The notes: a model not told the origin generated them from the letters alone. A stretch of 64,000 bases of DNA from an uncultured Acidobacteriaceae bacterium (GCA_963780515.1 CAWACG010000006.1:8054-72053); one strand, 5' to 3'. Positions 1-10,380 are shown, counted from the first letter of the stretch. Made by a program: numbers and translations.

Positions 1-1123
1 GCCCCGTCGCTGCCGCCGCCGCCCGCGGGCTCAGCATCTTCCCCGGCAGCGTCCAGAACGCCGGATAGAAGCTCATCAATCCCATCTCCCCGATGCTGAA
101 TCCAACCACCACCAGCGTCGGGCTGATCCCTGGCAACTGGCTCATTGCGAGGCCCGCTGCCGCCACCGCCGTGGCCGCCACTGCATGCCATTTGTGCCGT
201 CCCGTCCGATCCGCGCTCCACCCCGCAACCAGCATCGCGGGCACCGCGCACACATGCGGAATCGAAGCGATCAGGCTGATCTGCCATAAGTTAAGTCCGT
301 GCAGCGCCTGCACCATCTTGGGCAGCCAGATGATCAACCCATATCCCACCACGTTGACAAAGAAGTAGGCCGAAACCAGCAGCAGCACGGTCCGGTTGGT
401 CAGCGCCTGCAGCAGCCCAAAATCCCCCTCTTCGCTCACCTTTGCGCTGGCTTCCCGCTCCAGTTCGCCTGCAATCCAGGTCTTTTCCGGTCCGCTCAGC
501 CAGCGCGCGTCCGCCGGCCGGTCCGTTAGATAGAAGAGTGTCGCCACTCCGCAGACAACTGCCGGTAACCCTTCCAGAATCAGCAGCCACCTCCATCCCG
601 AAAGCCCAAGCCAGTGCAGGTTCAGCAGTACCCCCGCAATCAGTCCCCCCGCCACGCTTGAAATCGGAATCGCCGTCATGAACAGTGCCACAGCCTTGCC
701 ACGGTCCGTCTCCCGAAACCAGTGCGTCAAATACACAATCACCGCCGGAAAGAACCCCCCCTCCGCCGCACCCAGCAGAAAACGAATCACACTGAACTCA
801 TTGGCTGTCCTGATCAGGCCTGTGAGAGCCGCCAGAAAACCCCAGAAAATCATGATCCAGCCAATCCACTTCCGCGCGCTCCAGCGATGCGCAACCAGCG
901 CACCTGGAATCTCAAACAGGCAGAGTCCGAAGAAGAAGATGCCCGAGCCAAATCCAAACACTTCGTTGGAGAAGTGCAGTTCGCGCGTCATGTCGAGGCC
1001 GGCAAACCCGACGTTCACACGATCAACGAATGCAGTGGCGTAAATCAGGAAGAGGAAGGGAAGCAGCCGGCGCGCAATCTTGCGGCGTGCAGTCTCAGCG
1101 GGGTTTACCAGCGCAGGCGGCAT
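1..1123 (-). CDS. MFS transporter, ACS/tartrate-transporter-like (3' end outside the window)
   Basis: Manual translation from the ATG at 1123 (GGAG 5 nt upstream) gives MPPALVNPAETARRKIARRLLPFLFLIYATAFVDRVNVGFAGLDM...FGFGSGIFF. The DRxN motif is typical of ACS-family MFS. Not in the ORF track because the stop lies outside the window. Confidence 0.85.
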   Translation of the reverse strand, partial: MPPALVNPAETARRKIARRLLPFLFLIYATAFVDRVNVGFAGLDMTRELHFSNEVFGFGSGIFFFGLCLFEIPGALVAHRWSARKWIGWIMIFWGFLAALTGLIRTANEFSVIRFLLGAAEGGFFPAVIVYLTHWFRETDRGKAVALFMTAIPISSVAGGLIAGVLLNLHWLGLSGWRWLLILEGLPAVVCGVATLFYLTDRPADARWLSGPEKTWIAGELEREASAKVSEEGDFGLLQALTNRTVLLLVSAYFFVNVVGYGLIIWLPKMVQALHGLNLWQISLIASIPHVCAVPAMLVAGWSADRTGRHKWHAVAATAVAAAGLAMSQLPGISPTLVVVGFSIGEMGLMSFYPAFWTLPGKMLSPRAAAAATG

Positions 1124-1257
1124 AGGCACTCCAAGCGCCGCCGCAGCTAAGGAACTGAACGATCTTGGCGCGCCTGTCGAGTCTACATGAGATGAACGAT
1201 GGCCCGCCAAACAGCCGCCCAGCATGCATCAGGCAAGGCGTGAGCTAGCCTCGACGG

Positions 1258-2184
1258 TCACGCGACTTCGAGCGCCTCTCTGTCCCAATGGGCGCAATTC
1301 GCAGCCGCTTCATATGTGCTCTGCAGAAATTCAAGCAGCGCGAATTCGGGATCGGAAGACCTGCGCATCGCCTCGTAGGGCAGAACGAATTCGCCAAAGT
1401 TCTTATCGAAGAATGCCTCTGCGGGCGCGATGGAATACTCCGCATAGCCGGGCGGCTCGGGGTACGCGTAGCTATAAAAGAATGGCTCGATCCCCGCCGC
1501 GCCCGGCCAGAATCCGCAACTGCTCACCTCGTGCGAATAGGCATCGCGCGTGACGCGGTCGGGCAGGCCGGCCATGCTCGGATGCTCTGGCGCCCTCCGG
1601 CCCGAGAAGCGAGTGCAAGCCAAATCGAGCGCTCCCCAGAACAAGTGCACCGGGCTCACCTTGCCTATGAACCGCGCGCGAAATTTCGTGAAAACCCGCG
1701 ACGTCTGCAGCACAACCCGCCAGAAGCGCTGCGCGAATTCGCCGTCGTAGGCGCAGTGCGTCTCATCTCGTTCAAACGGAATCGGCTCCGCCACTTCGCA
1801 CGGCGTCGTCCAGATATTCACCGGCGTGCCGAGGTCGTCGAGCGCGGCCATGAGCTGCCGATAAAACTCCGCCACCGTCATCGGCTGCAAGGCGACGCTT
1901 CGGACACCGCCTTCACTGGTTTCGACCCGCAGCACATGATCGAGAAAATCAAAGTCGATCTGCAGCATGTGCGCGCCATGCGGCATGGGTAGCGTGGTGA
2001 AACCTCGCACCGTGGGATAGAGCGTCACATTCCAGCAGTGGTTGATGGCAGGCACCAGCTTGAGCCGCACCTTGCCGACAATCTGCATCCAAAGCTGCAG
2101 CGTGGCGCAGGTGTCGTTCCATGAAGACTGTGGCAGCTCAGGCCAAACCTCCGCCTGTGAATTGATTGCATCGCGTTCAGCCAT
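1258..2184 (-). CDS. DUF5996-like conserved hypothetical protein
   Basis: 308 aa ORF with TLQLWMQIVGKVRL, SPVHLFWGALDLACTRFSGR and AYSHEVSSCGFWPG motifs recalled from this family. Confidence 0.75.
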   Translation of the reverse strand: MAERDAINSQAEVWPELPQSSWNDTCATLQLWMQIVGKVRLKLVPAINHCWNVTLYPTVRGFTTLPMPHGAHMLQIDFDFLDHVLRVETSEGGVRSVALQPMTVAEFYRQLMAALDDLGTPVNIWTTPCEVAEPIPFERDETHCAYDGEFAQRFWRVVLQTSRVFTKFRARFIGKVSPVHLFWGALDLACTRFSGRRAPEHPSMAGLPDRVTRDAYSHEVSSCGFWPGAAGIEPFFYSYAYPEPPGYAEYSIAPAEAFFDKNFGEFVLPYEAMRRSSDPEFALLEFLQSTYEAAANCAHWDREALEVA

Positions 2185-2238
2185 TCCCGTGCCCTCTCGC
2201 TGGATCCATCACAATTCCAAGTTCCCACACAATTGCGG

Positions 2239-3021
2239 TCAGAGGCCAGGCGCGGCGTGCTTTTTCGGCGCCATGTTCTGGGCAATCACCCAGACAGCAG
2301 CCGCAATGGCCCAGCTGATCAAGAACGCAGTCCATGGCAGGCGCGTCTTCGGAGCTGCCCAGATTGCAGGAGCCCAGACGAAAAGTGTGAACACGCTGAT
2401 CATGAGAGCTTCGGCCCATGCGGCTGCACGCGAAAGCACGTTGAAGAGAACGCCCAGTCCAGCAGCAATGTGTCCCGCGCCGGCAAGGTAAGCCCAGCCG
2501 GTTCGATAGGGCAACCATGCCGGAATCAAGTCAATCGTAGCCTGCGTATAGAAGAAGTGCGACAGCCCCACGGGGATGACCCAGACACCGAAAAGAATCC
2601 TCGCCATGCGAATGCCGCTTTCTCCAGATGCCCAGCGCAGCGGCGACCCGGCAGGCAGCGCGGCCAGGCGCGCAAACAGCACCCAGCCACCGGCGAGCAG
2701 CATGGCCAACTCGCCAAAGCCAAGCCATACGCCTTCAATCTTCGGTGCGGCAAACAATGCGGGTACTTTCAGCGAGGCCCACACAATCAGATAGGGAAAC
2801 AGCACGCGCACAGACCAGGCCGCCGTCGCATTGAACAGCAGCCCGGCTCCGCACACAAGCATAAGGGCACCAGAACCGTAGGCCAAAACGGTCCGCCCTG
2901 GAACCCATGTGGCAACCGGTTGCCACACCATTGCGAAATCGCCGTAGACCAAGGCCAGAATACCCAGGCCGATCATCCCGATCGCAAATAGGGTTAGCGC
3001 GGGCTGAAGACTTCGCGTCAT
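2239..3021 (-). CDS. DoxX-like multi-pass membrane protein
   Basis: 260 aa hydrophobic ORF with two internally similar halves (VATWVPGRTVLAY / IPAWLPYRTGWAY). Confidence 0.7.
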   Translation of the reverse strand: MTRSLQPALTLFAIGMIGLGILALVYGDFAMVWQPVATWVPGRTVLAYGSGALMLVCGAGLLFNATAAWSVRVLFPYLIVWASLKVPALFAAPKIEGVWLGFGELAMLLAGGWVLFARLAALPAGSPLRWASGESGIRMARILFGVWVIPVGLSHFFYTQATIDLIPAWLPYRTGWAYLAGAGHIAAGLGVLFNVLSRAAAWAEALMISVFTLFVWAPAIWAAPKTRLPWTAFLISWAIAAAVWVIAQNMAPKKHAAPGL

Positions 3022-3190
3022 TGGAATTCAACCCTAATGAAGCGTTCAGTTCGTGTCAATCGCCCGTTGCTGCAGATGCCAGGAGCGGGTCAACCATGCA
3101 GCAGATTGAGCAGAAGTGCCACAATCCGATGCGGGAAGGGATGCGAAGGTTATACTTCCGGCAACGTTCCGTCCCGTGAGGTTTCGATCC

Positions 3191-3724
3191 ATGAAAAAGC
3201 TCGCTCTCCTTCTGTTCTTTGCCCTTCCTCTTTTTGCTGCCTGCCAGGAAAAGAAGCCGCCCGCCACCCTCCGCAGCGTTCTGCTGGAACAACTGCACAA
3301 CACCCACGATCATGAAGACTGGTTCGTCCCGGCGAACATCGCCGTCGAGGGTCTGACGGCGGAACAGGCCATGTGGAGCCCGGGGAAGGGCAACCATTCA
3401 GTGGGGCAGCTCGCCTATCACCTTTGGTATTGGGACGACCGGATGCTGCGCGACTTCAAAGGCGAAAAGCAGGAGCCCTTCAAGGGAAACAACACTGAAA
3501 CCTTCGACAACTTCACTCCCGCGCAATGGGATGACCTGGTGAAGAAACTGAACCAGGTGATGATCGACTGGGAGAGGGCGGTTGAGACGGCCGATGACAA
3601 GACGCTGGCCGAAAAAGGTTCTCTCGTCGCCACGATCAGCTCCCACAACGCGTATCACATCGGCCAGATTCTCTACGTTAGAAAGCTCCAGGGCGTCTGG
3701 GATCCAAACAAGGGAGTGAAGTAG
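3191..3724 (+). CDS. DinB-family protein with signal peptide (possible lipoprotein)
   Basis: MKKLALLLFFALPLFAAC signal; HSVGQLAYHL and HNAYHIGQI DinB metal-binding histidine motifs. Confidence 0.8.
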   Translation: MKKLALLLFFALPLFAACQEKKPPATLRSVLLEQLHNTHDHEDWFVPANIAVEGLTAEQAMWSPGKGNHSVGQLAYHLWYWDDRMLRDFKGEKQEPFKGNNTETFDNFTPAQWDDLVKKLNQVMIDWERAVETADDKTLAEKGSLVATISSHNAYHIGQILYVRKLQGVWDPNKGVK

Positions 3725-3748
3725 CCCGCCACAACCTATACTGGCGGC

Positions 3749-4348
3749 ATGAAGTTTGCCGGCGATGAACTTGTGGCCTTGCTCGTGGCGGTCAGCTTTG
3801 CGGCCGGATTGAACGTCTACGCCACGGTGGGCACCCTTGGCCTGCTCGCCCATGCCGGAGTGCTTCCGCTCCCGCCCGGGCTGCATCTGCTTTCGAGCTG
3901 GTGGGTAATCGCAGCCAGCGCGGCTCTTTTCATGGTGGAGTTTTTCGCCGACAAGGTGCCCGCCTTCGACCTGATCTGGAATGCCCTCCACACCTTTATC
4001 CGCGTTCCGGTGGCGGCGCTGCTGGCGTACCAGGCCACGTCTACCCTCAGCCCTGGGGAGCAGATCGCTGCAGCAGCACTGGGGGGTGCCATCGCCCTGG
4101 CCGCCCACGGGGGCAAAACGGCCGCGCGCGCAGCAGTCACTCCGTCACCCGAGCCATTCTCAAACATCGGGCTGAGCCTCGGTGAAGACGCGCTGTCCAT
4201 CTTTCTCACCTGGATGGCAACGTGGCGCCCGTACGTTGCCGCCTCCATAGTCGCGGTGCTGCTGGTGGCCGTCATTCTGCTGATGCGGTGGGTTGTGCGC
4301 GCACTCAGGGCGCTCTTCCGGGGAGCGGAAAACGTCCTTGAAGAGTAA
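3749..4348 (+). CDS. DUF4126-family membrane protein
   Basis: AAGLNVYATV, EFFADKVPAFDLIWNALHTFIR and SPEPFSNIGLSLGED motifs. Confidence 0.85.
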   Translation: MKFAGDELVALLVAVSFAAGLNVYATVGTLGLLAHAGVLPLPPGLHLLSSWWVIAASAALFMVEFFADKVPAFDLIWNALHTFIRVPVAALLAYQATSTLSPGEQIAAAALGGAIALAAHGGKTAARAAVTPSPEPFSNIGLSLGEDALSIFLTWMATWRPYVAASIVAVLLVAVILLMRWVVRALRALFRGAENVLEE

Positions 4349-4640
4349 GCAACTGAGACGGTGCCCTGGAAGGCCGTTTTGCCGATGATTCTCTCAGGCG
4401 GCGCGAACCAATTTAGATAACTGCGCATTTACCGCAGAGGTGCCGGCGAATTTGTTTGCAAATGGGGCAAATTGTGGCCTTCGGGCCGCATTCACAGTCA
4501 AGGGCGTCTTGCACCGCTTCCTGGTCGAGAATCATAGCTGGAAAATGCTCGCAATCTCAGCTGCTTTGCGGGATATATTTGACCTCAGCCGAGAGGCGCT
4601 GTGTGAATCCTGGGTTGTGCCCTGAGACCTTGTTTCCCCA

Positions 4641-5600
4641 ATGAGGGCGAGAGAGACGATGGAGACCCAGAAGTTCTGTGTATACAACCAGGCTCGAAGA
4701 AGTTTTCTTGGCTTGGAGGTCGCCGCTGTCGACACCACGGCTGCGCCCTTAAAAAAGCTGATTGAATGTCTTTTTGTCCACGCCGAATCAGGCCTCTGGT
4801 TGACACCGTACAGAGGCATTCCCCCGGCTTCCGGACTCCCTCCATTCGATCTCATCTGCATCAGCGAAAGCTATCGCGTCATCGATCAAGTTAAGTCCTT
4901 TTCGACTTCCGATCTGGTGCCCTTGAAACCTGGAACAGCAAGCGCTCTGGTTTTGCCCGCGGGCACAATCCTGGCGTCGCAGACTCAGCCCAAAGATGAA
5001 CTGGCGATCTGCCTCCCAGAGGAGATGGAGCGCCGGCTTGTTGGTCGCCCAGGCAATGCACTGCCCACTGATACCGCGGACGATGCTGCGCCTGCGGCCC
5101 AGACAAGCGATCGCCTGAGACTGCTGCAACGGTCGACTCAGCAGTTGAATGAGAGTGAGGAGATTGAAAACAAGAACTCGTTGAAGTCGCAAATCCGGCG
5201 CTGGTTCAACCGTGATCGACGCGAGGGCAAGCGATATCCCGCGCCGGAACTGGTCGCTTATCAATGGGCCGGCAATTCCCCGCAGGCGCACCAGGTCGGG
5301 AACATCAGCAGCACAGGTTTGTATCTGCTTACCCAGGATCGCAGGATTCATGGAACCAGGGTACTGATGAGGCTTCAAAGAACGGGCACGGACGGAGCGG
5401 ACCCTGAAGATTCGATCGCTATACGAACAATGGTCATTCGCTGGGGTTCGGATGGAGAGGGCCTTGCGTTTATTCTGGCTGGGTCGTCCGATCCCGATCT
5501 GGATGAAGGCCTGGCAAGAAACTCCGCAAGCAAAAAGGCGTTCAAGAAATTCCTGCAGCAGTTAAAGCTCGAAGAAAAACAGGAACACTCAACGCCTTAG
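4641..5600 (+). CDS. PilZ-domain protein with DUF192-like N-terminal domain
   Basis: C-terminal RREGKR (RxxxR) and NISSTG (D/NxSxxG) PilZ motifs. N-terminus (VYNQARRSFLG...GLWLTPYRGI...FDLI...ASALVLPAG) resembles DUF192. Confidence 0.7.
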   Translation: MRARETMETQKFCVYNQARRSFLGLEVAAVDTTAAPLKKLIECLFVHAESGLWLTPYRGIPPASGLPPFDLICISESYRVIDQVKSFSTSDLVPLKPGTASALVLPAGTILASQTQPKDELAICLPEEMERRLVGRPGNALPTDTADDAAPAAQTSDRLRLLQRSTQQLNESEEIENKNSLKSQIRRWFNRDRREGKRYPAPELVAYQWAGNSPQAHQVGNISSTGLYLLTQDRRIHGTRVLMRLQRTGTDGADPEDSIAIRTMVIRWGSDGEGLAFILAGSSDPDLDEGLARNSASKKAFKKFLQQLKLEEKQEHSTP

Positions 5601-5690
5601 CCCCGCGCTTCAATGCTCCACCGTAGTAGAAGATCTCCGCGCCAGTGAACACCCCGCTACTATCTCCGGCGTTTGCATCCGGCGCCCGCT

Positions 5691-6200
5691 TCACCCATCC
5701 TTGAGCGTCGACCAAATCCAGCCCACAAACGTGAGCACGAGGAAGGGATACGCGAAGAATGGCAGCGGCTTGGCGATCGGTGTCAGCACCTCTCCCCAGA
5801 AGATGCGCGCTGAGGTCACGGCAAACAGAACCGCCGCAACAATCCCGGTGAGCCGAATCCAGATCGCGAACTCCTTGGGCACGCTGGTCAGCAAAAGTGC
5901 CGCCGACCAAAGCGCCGTACCCGCGGCAAATGCCGGCACACTGGCCTCGAGTGTTGAGGCCGTGCCGCTGAGCATCACGCTTTCTCCGAGCGCCCACACC
6001 AGGAAGCCGGCCGCCACCACGTCATTGCCTTTGCGAAAAAAGTGGAGCGCAAGAATCGAAGTGGCCACGATAAGACCAACGGAGTCGATGGCCCACAAGA
6101 CGGCGCGAAGATTCTGCGCGGTCACGAGGGTGCCCGCCAATCCAAGACTGGCGCCGAGAGCAAGGCCCGTCACGGCCACAACGCGTAATGAGCTCTTCAT
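5691..6200 (-). CDS. hypothetical membrane protein
   Basis: About 169 aa with several hydrophobic segments; GAGGA SD upstream of the ATG at 6200. Confidence 0.65.
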   Translation of the reverse strand: MKSSLRVVAVTGLALGASLGLAGTLVTAQNLRAVLWAIDSVGLIVATSILALHFFRKGNDVVAAGFLVWALGESVMLSGTASTLEASVPAFAAGTALWSAALLLTSVPKEFAIWIRLTGIVAAVLFAVTSARIFWGEVLTPIAKPLPFFAYPFLVLTFVGWIWSTLKDG

Positions 6201-6386
6201 TGAATTGATCCTCAATCTCCCACCGCGACAGCCGCGGGCTGTTTGTGTATGGTGCCTCCAGGGAAAGTGGGGAGGTTGTCCGCTTGCAGCAACAACTCAA
6301 TCGGAACTGCATGCGAGTGTACACAGTTATACGCCTGATGAGCATCCCCTTTTTCAGCCGAAAGAAAACAGGTTCCCGGTCAGCGT

Positions 6387-7877
6387 TCAGGCCGCAGATT
6401 GAGGCCGCAATTGCGCATCAAGCTCTCTGCCCATTCTCACCACAATGGGAGGCAGAGCTTTTACATCTGACAGCGATGTCCTGAAGTTGACGATGCAGGC
6501 GCGCAGGGCGAACTTCCCGTTCACCACAGCATTGGAGAGATACGCCTCTCCGCTCTGCTGCAGGCGGGTGAGGAGTTCCAGATTCAGCTTATCTAGATAA
6601 CCCGCCCACTTCTCGTCGCCGGCTTTGAGATCCGCCGGCACATAACGGAACGTGGTAATGCTGAGGGACTGCGTGAGAGCCTCAAGTTCAGGGTAGAGCG
6701 GGATGCGCTCGAAGAGTGCGCGGGCCAGCCGTATGTCGTCGGAGATCATCCGCTCATAACCCGAACGCCCCACCTGCTGCAGCGCAAGCCAGACCTTGAG
6801 GGCGCGGAAACCACGTGAATTCTGGGGTCCGAGGTCAAAATAGTTCGTGGCCTCGACGCCGAAATGATAGTAGACAGGATGATAGGCAAAGGCATCGCGC
6901 AACTTATCCGGATCGCGGACCAGTGCGCATCCGGCCTCAAGCGGCGCATAAAGCCACTTATGCGGATCGACGGCAACGGAGTCTGCTTCGCGCAACCCGG
7001 CCAGCGCGGCGGGAGCATCGGGCAGAACTGCCGCGAGGCCGCCGTAGGCGCCATCCACATGGAACCATAGATCGAATTCGCGGCAGAGCGCGGCCAGTTC
7101 CGGCAACGGATCAATTGCGCCCGTGCTGACTGAACCCGCGTTCCCGACAACCAGGGCCGGCTTGTCCCCCGCTTCGATGTCCGCGAGGATCTGTTTCCTC
7201 AGCGCCTGGACATCGATCCGGCAATCGCCATCGGCGGCGATCCAGCGAATCGCATCCGTGCCCATCCCGGATATGTCCGCCGCTTTCTGAATCCAGGTAT
7301 GCGTTTCTTTCGAACAATAGACGCGCATCCGCCCGCCCGCCATTCCCTTGGTGCGTACATCCCATCCCGCTTTCGCCTGGCGCGCCGCGAGAAAGCACAC
7401 GAAGTTCGCCATGTTGCCGCCGCTGACAAAAAGGCCTCCGCAATCCAGGGGATAATTCAACATCTCGGCGATCCAGCGAACGGTCTGAGCCTCGATTTCA
7501 CTTGCCATGGGCGAAAGCAGCCAGGCACCAACGTTGGGATTGACCGAGGCCGCGAGCAGTTCGCCAAGAGCACCGATCGGCGCGGCAGAAGAAGTGATAT
7601 ATCCCCAAAAACGTGGGTGGCCGTTGAAGAGCGAGTGATCGAACAACAGGTCAGCGGCGTGATCCAGCAGCATTGACGGATCTGCGCCCAGTTGTGGCAA
7701 TGCCCGCTCCGCCCCGAGAGCAATGCGAACATCAGATGGCGATTCCGCAGGAGTCACCGGCCGCTGGGGAAGCGAGTCTAGAAATCCGGCGATGCGGTCG
7801 ATCAATTGAGCGCCCAACGCTCGAAACTCAGCCGAGCCCATGGCTAAAGGCGATTCCCGTTTTTCATCGTTCTGCAT
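6387..7877 (-). CDS. group II pyridoxal-dependent decarboxylase (aromatic-amino-acid/glutamate decarboxylase family)
   Basis: HPRFWGYI, GGNMAN, WFHVDGAYGG and DSVAVDPHKWLY (PLP lysine). Start trimmed to MQNDEK at 7877. Confidence 0.9.
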   Translation of the reverse strand: MQNDEKRESPLAMGSAEFRALGAQLIDRIAGFLDSLPQRPVTPAESPSDVRIALGAERALPQLGADPSMLLDHAADLLFDHSLFNGHPRFWGYITSSAAPIGALGELLAASVNPNVGAWLLSPMASEIEAQTVRWIAEMLNYPLDCGGLFVSGGNMANFVCFLAARQAKAGWDVRTKGMAGGRMRVYCSKETHTWIQKAADISGMGTDAIRWIAADGDCRIDVQALRKQILADIEAGDKPALVVGNAGSVSTGAIDPLPELAALCREFDLWFHVDGAYGGLAAVLPDAPAALAGLREADSVAVDPHKWLYAPLEAGCALVRDPDKLRDAFAYHPVYYHFGVEATNYFDLGPQNSRGFRALKVWLALQQVGRSGYERMISDDIRLARALFERIPLYPELEALTQSLSITTFRYVPADLKAGDEKWAGYLDKLNLELLTRLQQSGEAYLSNAVVNGKFALRACIVNFRTSLSDVKALPPIVVRMGRELDAQLRPQSAA

Positions 7878-8036
7878 TGTGACCCTCGCGGGAATTCTAC
7901 TGGACGGCGGCGCACGATGGGGAGTTAGAACGCCAAGTCGGTCCTGGCTGCTCGCCTCTCCAATGTCGCTCTGCTTTTTAACTTTCGATTCCTGTGCAAT
8001 GCGGGATACAATTGCGCGCATTCGGAGGAACACTCG

Positions 8037-9089
8037 ATGGGAAAACGATATGCCAGTATTCTTGAAACCGTCGGCAACACTCCCGTTGTCAAGATCAATA
8101 AGCTCGCGCCGCCCGATGTGAATCTATACGTCAAGATCGAGGCATTCAACCCGCTGGGCTCGGTGAAGGACAGGCTCGCCCTGGGCGTAATTGAGGACGC
8201 CGAGCGAACTGGCAAACTGAAGCCGGGCCAGACTGTCCTTGAAGCAACCAGCGGCAATACAGGCATCGGCCTCGCTATGGTGTGCGCGGCGAAGGGATAT
8301 CCGCTGGTGGTCACGATGGCAGAGACATTCAGCGTCGAGCGGCGCAAACTCATGCGTTTTCTCGGAGCGAAAGTCGTGCTCACTCCAGCCGCGGCCAGGG
8401 CAGTGGGCATGGTGGCCAAGACGGTCGAGTTAGCAGAAGCCCACGGCTGGTTTTATACGCGCCAGTTTGAAAATGAGGCCAACGCCGACATGCATTCCCG
8501 CACCACTGCGAAAGAAATCCTCGAAGATTTCAAAGGCGAGAGGCTGGATTATTGGGTAACTGGCTTCGGCACCGGCGGCACGCTAAAGGGCGTTGCGCGA
8601 GTGCTGGCCAAGGAGCGGCCAGAGACCAAGATTGTGGTTTGCGAGCCGGACGACGCGCCCATGCTCTCCAGCGGAATCGAGCAGCAACGCAACTCCGACG
8701 GCTCTGCAGCCGCCGGTCATCCATCCTGGAAACCGCACCCGATGCAGGGTTGGAGCCCGGACTTCATCGCCAAGCTGGCAGGCGACGCCGTCGATATGAA
8801 GGTCATCAGCAAGGTTCTGCGCATTCAAAACGCAGAGGCCATGCGCGCCAGCAAGGATCTGGCTCGCAAGGAAGGAATCTTCGTGGGCATTTCTTCCGGT
8901 GGGACATTTGCGGCCGCGTTGAAGGTGGCTGCCGAGGCCCCCAAGGGATCGACGATTCTCTGCATGTTGCCGGATACAGGAGAGCGCTACCTGAGCACGC
9001 CGCTCTTTGCCGATGTTACCGTCGATATGACTGAGGAGGAGCTGGAGATTTCCCGCTCGACTCCGAGCTGCCAGTTCCAGCCTGCTTAA
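8037..9089 (+). CDS. cysK: cysteine synthase A (O-acetylserine sulfhydrylase)
   Basis: NPLGSVKDR (PLP lysine), EATSGNTGIG, GTGGT and PDTGERYLST; GGAGG SD. Confidence 0.9.
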   Translation: MGKRYASILETVGNTPVVKINKLAPPDVNLYVKIEAFNPLGSVKDRLALGVIEDAERTGKLKPGQTVLEATSGNTGIGLAMVCAAKGYPLVVTMAETFSVERRKLMRFLGAKVVLTPAAARAVGMVAKTVELAEAHGWFYTRQFENEANADMHSRTTAKEILEDFKGERLDYWVTGFGTGGTLKGVARVLAKERPETKIVVCEPDDAPMLSSGIEQQRNSDGSAAAGHPSWKPHPMQGWSPDFIAKLAGDAVDMKVISKVLRIQNAEAMRASKDLARKEGIFVGISSGGTFAAALKVAAEAPKGSTILCMLPDTGERYLSTPLFADVTVDMTEEELEISRSTPSCQFQPA

Positions 9090-9105
9090 CAAGAGGACCA
9101 GGCGC

Positions 9106-10380
9106 TCAGACGAACTGGCCGAAGCTGCGCGCCTGCATCTCTTCCATCTGGCGCCTCATCTGTTCCATCTGTTGGCGAAGCTCGTCCGTCTGTCTTGGGT
9201 CAAGCTTGAAGTTCCCCTGGAACTGCTTCATCTGCTGCTTCAACTGGTCGAGCTGCTTCTGGTCGAACTGGAAATCCCCAGCGTTGAGGCTTTCGCGCAG
9301 CTTCTCAGCCTGCTTGCGGAATTGCTCCGCCTGCTCGGGGTTGATTTCGAGCTTCATCGAGCCTAGCTGATCGCGCAAAGCTTCTGCCTGGTTCTGCATC
9401 GACTGAACTGCAGAGTCATTCCCGGCAAGCTGCTGCGCCAACTCTGAAGCCACATCCGGGTCAAGCGCAGCCATCAGCGGACAATCGCTGTCGGGAAAGA
9501 GGTCTTCAAGCTCGGCATGGTGGTGTTTTGAGTCTACCTGCAGCGTGAGCGTCTGCTGCTTGCGATCGCGCAGGATGGTAACCTGCACGGGCTTGCCCTG
9601 GTTGGCGCGCAGTGCGCGGTCCCAGTCGGCGGTGGTGGCGATGCTCTCGGTTCCGACCTTGAGAATCACGTCGAAGGCTTTCATGCCGGCCGTAGCGGCT
9701 TCGCTCTTGCGCTCCACCTGCTTGACCATGAGCCCATGCGGCACGCCCAGGTAGTCGGCCATCTGCGAGGTCAGCGGCTCAACCAGCGCGCCCACGTTCA
9801 GGCTGCTCCCAAAAAATGGCAGATGGAATCCGCCTGACAGCGGCACATCGCCGCCGCCGCCCAGAATGCTCATGCTCTGAACCGGTGTGAGATCGTTGTT
9901 GCTGTTGCCGAGCTTGTTCCAGACGTCCTGTTCCATCTTCTTGTGATCGACGAGTTCCACGGCAATGGTCTGCAGATTGCCGTCGCGGCTGATGACCAGG
10001 GTGACCTTACGGCCGGCCGGAATCTCGTGCATCATGCGCCCAAATTGCTCGGCGCCTTCGACAGCCTGGCCGTTCAGTTCAAGCAGCACATCGTTGACCC
10101 GAATACCGACCTGCGCCGCCGGGGCGTCGTGGTCGATAAGCGTAACCACCGCCCCTCGCACCTCTTTCAGCTTCAGCTTCGATGCGGAGTCGTTATCGAC
10201 GTCGCCCACCAGAACGCCCAGATAGCCCTGCGAACTGGAGTGCAGCAATGGGCTCGGTCCCTCAATAATTTGGGCGATTCCAGACGACTGTGCACCCGCG
10301 CCCGGCGGCGTCACGGCTAGGGCAAGACCCAGTAGAGCGGCAACCTGAAAACTACGGTACGGCCTCAAAAAGTACTTCAT
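9106..10380 (-). CDS. secreted protein with two PDZ domains and a Gln-rich coiled-coil tail, no protease domain
   Basis: Signal peptide; GYLGV...APAAQVGIRVNDVLL (PDZ1); LNVGALVE...AATAGMKAFDVIL (PDZ2); QMEQMRRQMEEMQ tail. Confidence 0.8.
   Translation of the reverse strand: MKYFLRPYRSFQVAALLGLALAVTPPGAGAQSSGIAQIIEGPSPLLHSSSQGYLGVLVGDVDNDSASKLKLKEVRGAVVTLIDHDAPAAQVGIRVNDVLLELNGQAVEGAEQFGRMMHEIPAGRKVTLVISRDGNLQTIAVELVDHKKMEQDVWNKLGNSNNDLTPVQSMSILGGGGDVPLSGGFHLPFFGSSLNVGALVEPLTSQMADYLGVPHGLMVKQVERKSEAATAGMKAFDVILKVGTESIATTADWDRALRANQGKPVQVTILRDRKQQTLTLQVDSKHHHAELEDLFPDSDCPLMAALDPDVASELAQQLAGNDSAVQSMQNQAEALRDQLGSMKLEINPEQAEQFRKQAEKLRESLNAGDFQFDQKQLDQLKQQMKQFQGNFKLDPRQTDELRQQMEQMRRQMEEMQARSFGQFV

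Noticed and set aside
4440-4640. c-di-GMP riboswitch before the PilZ gene
   Set aside because: GGCAAA is present, but the GAAA-tetraloop/receptor two-hairpin pattern is not.
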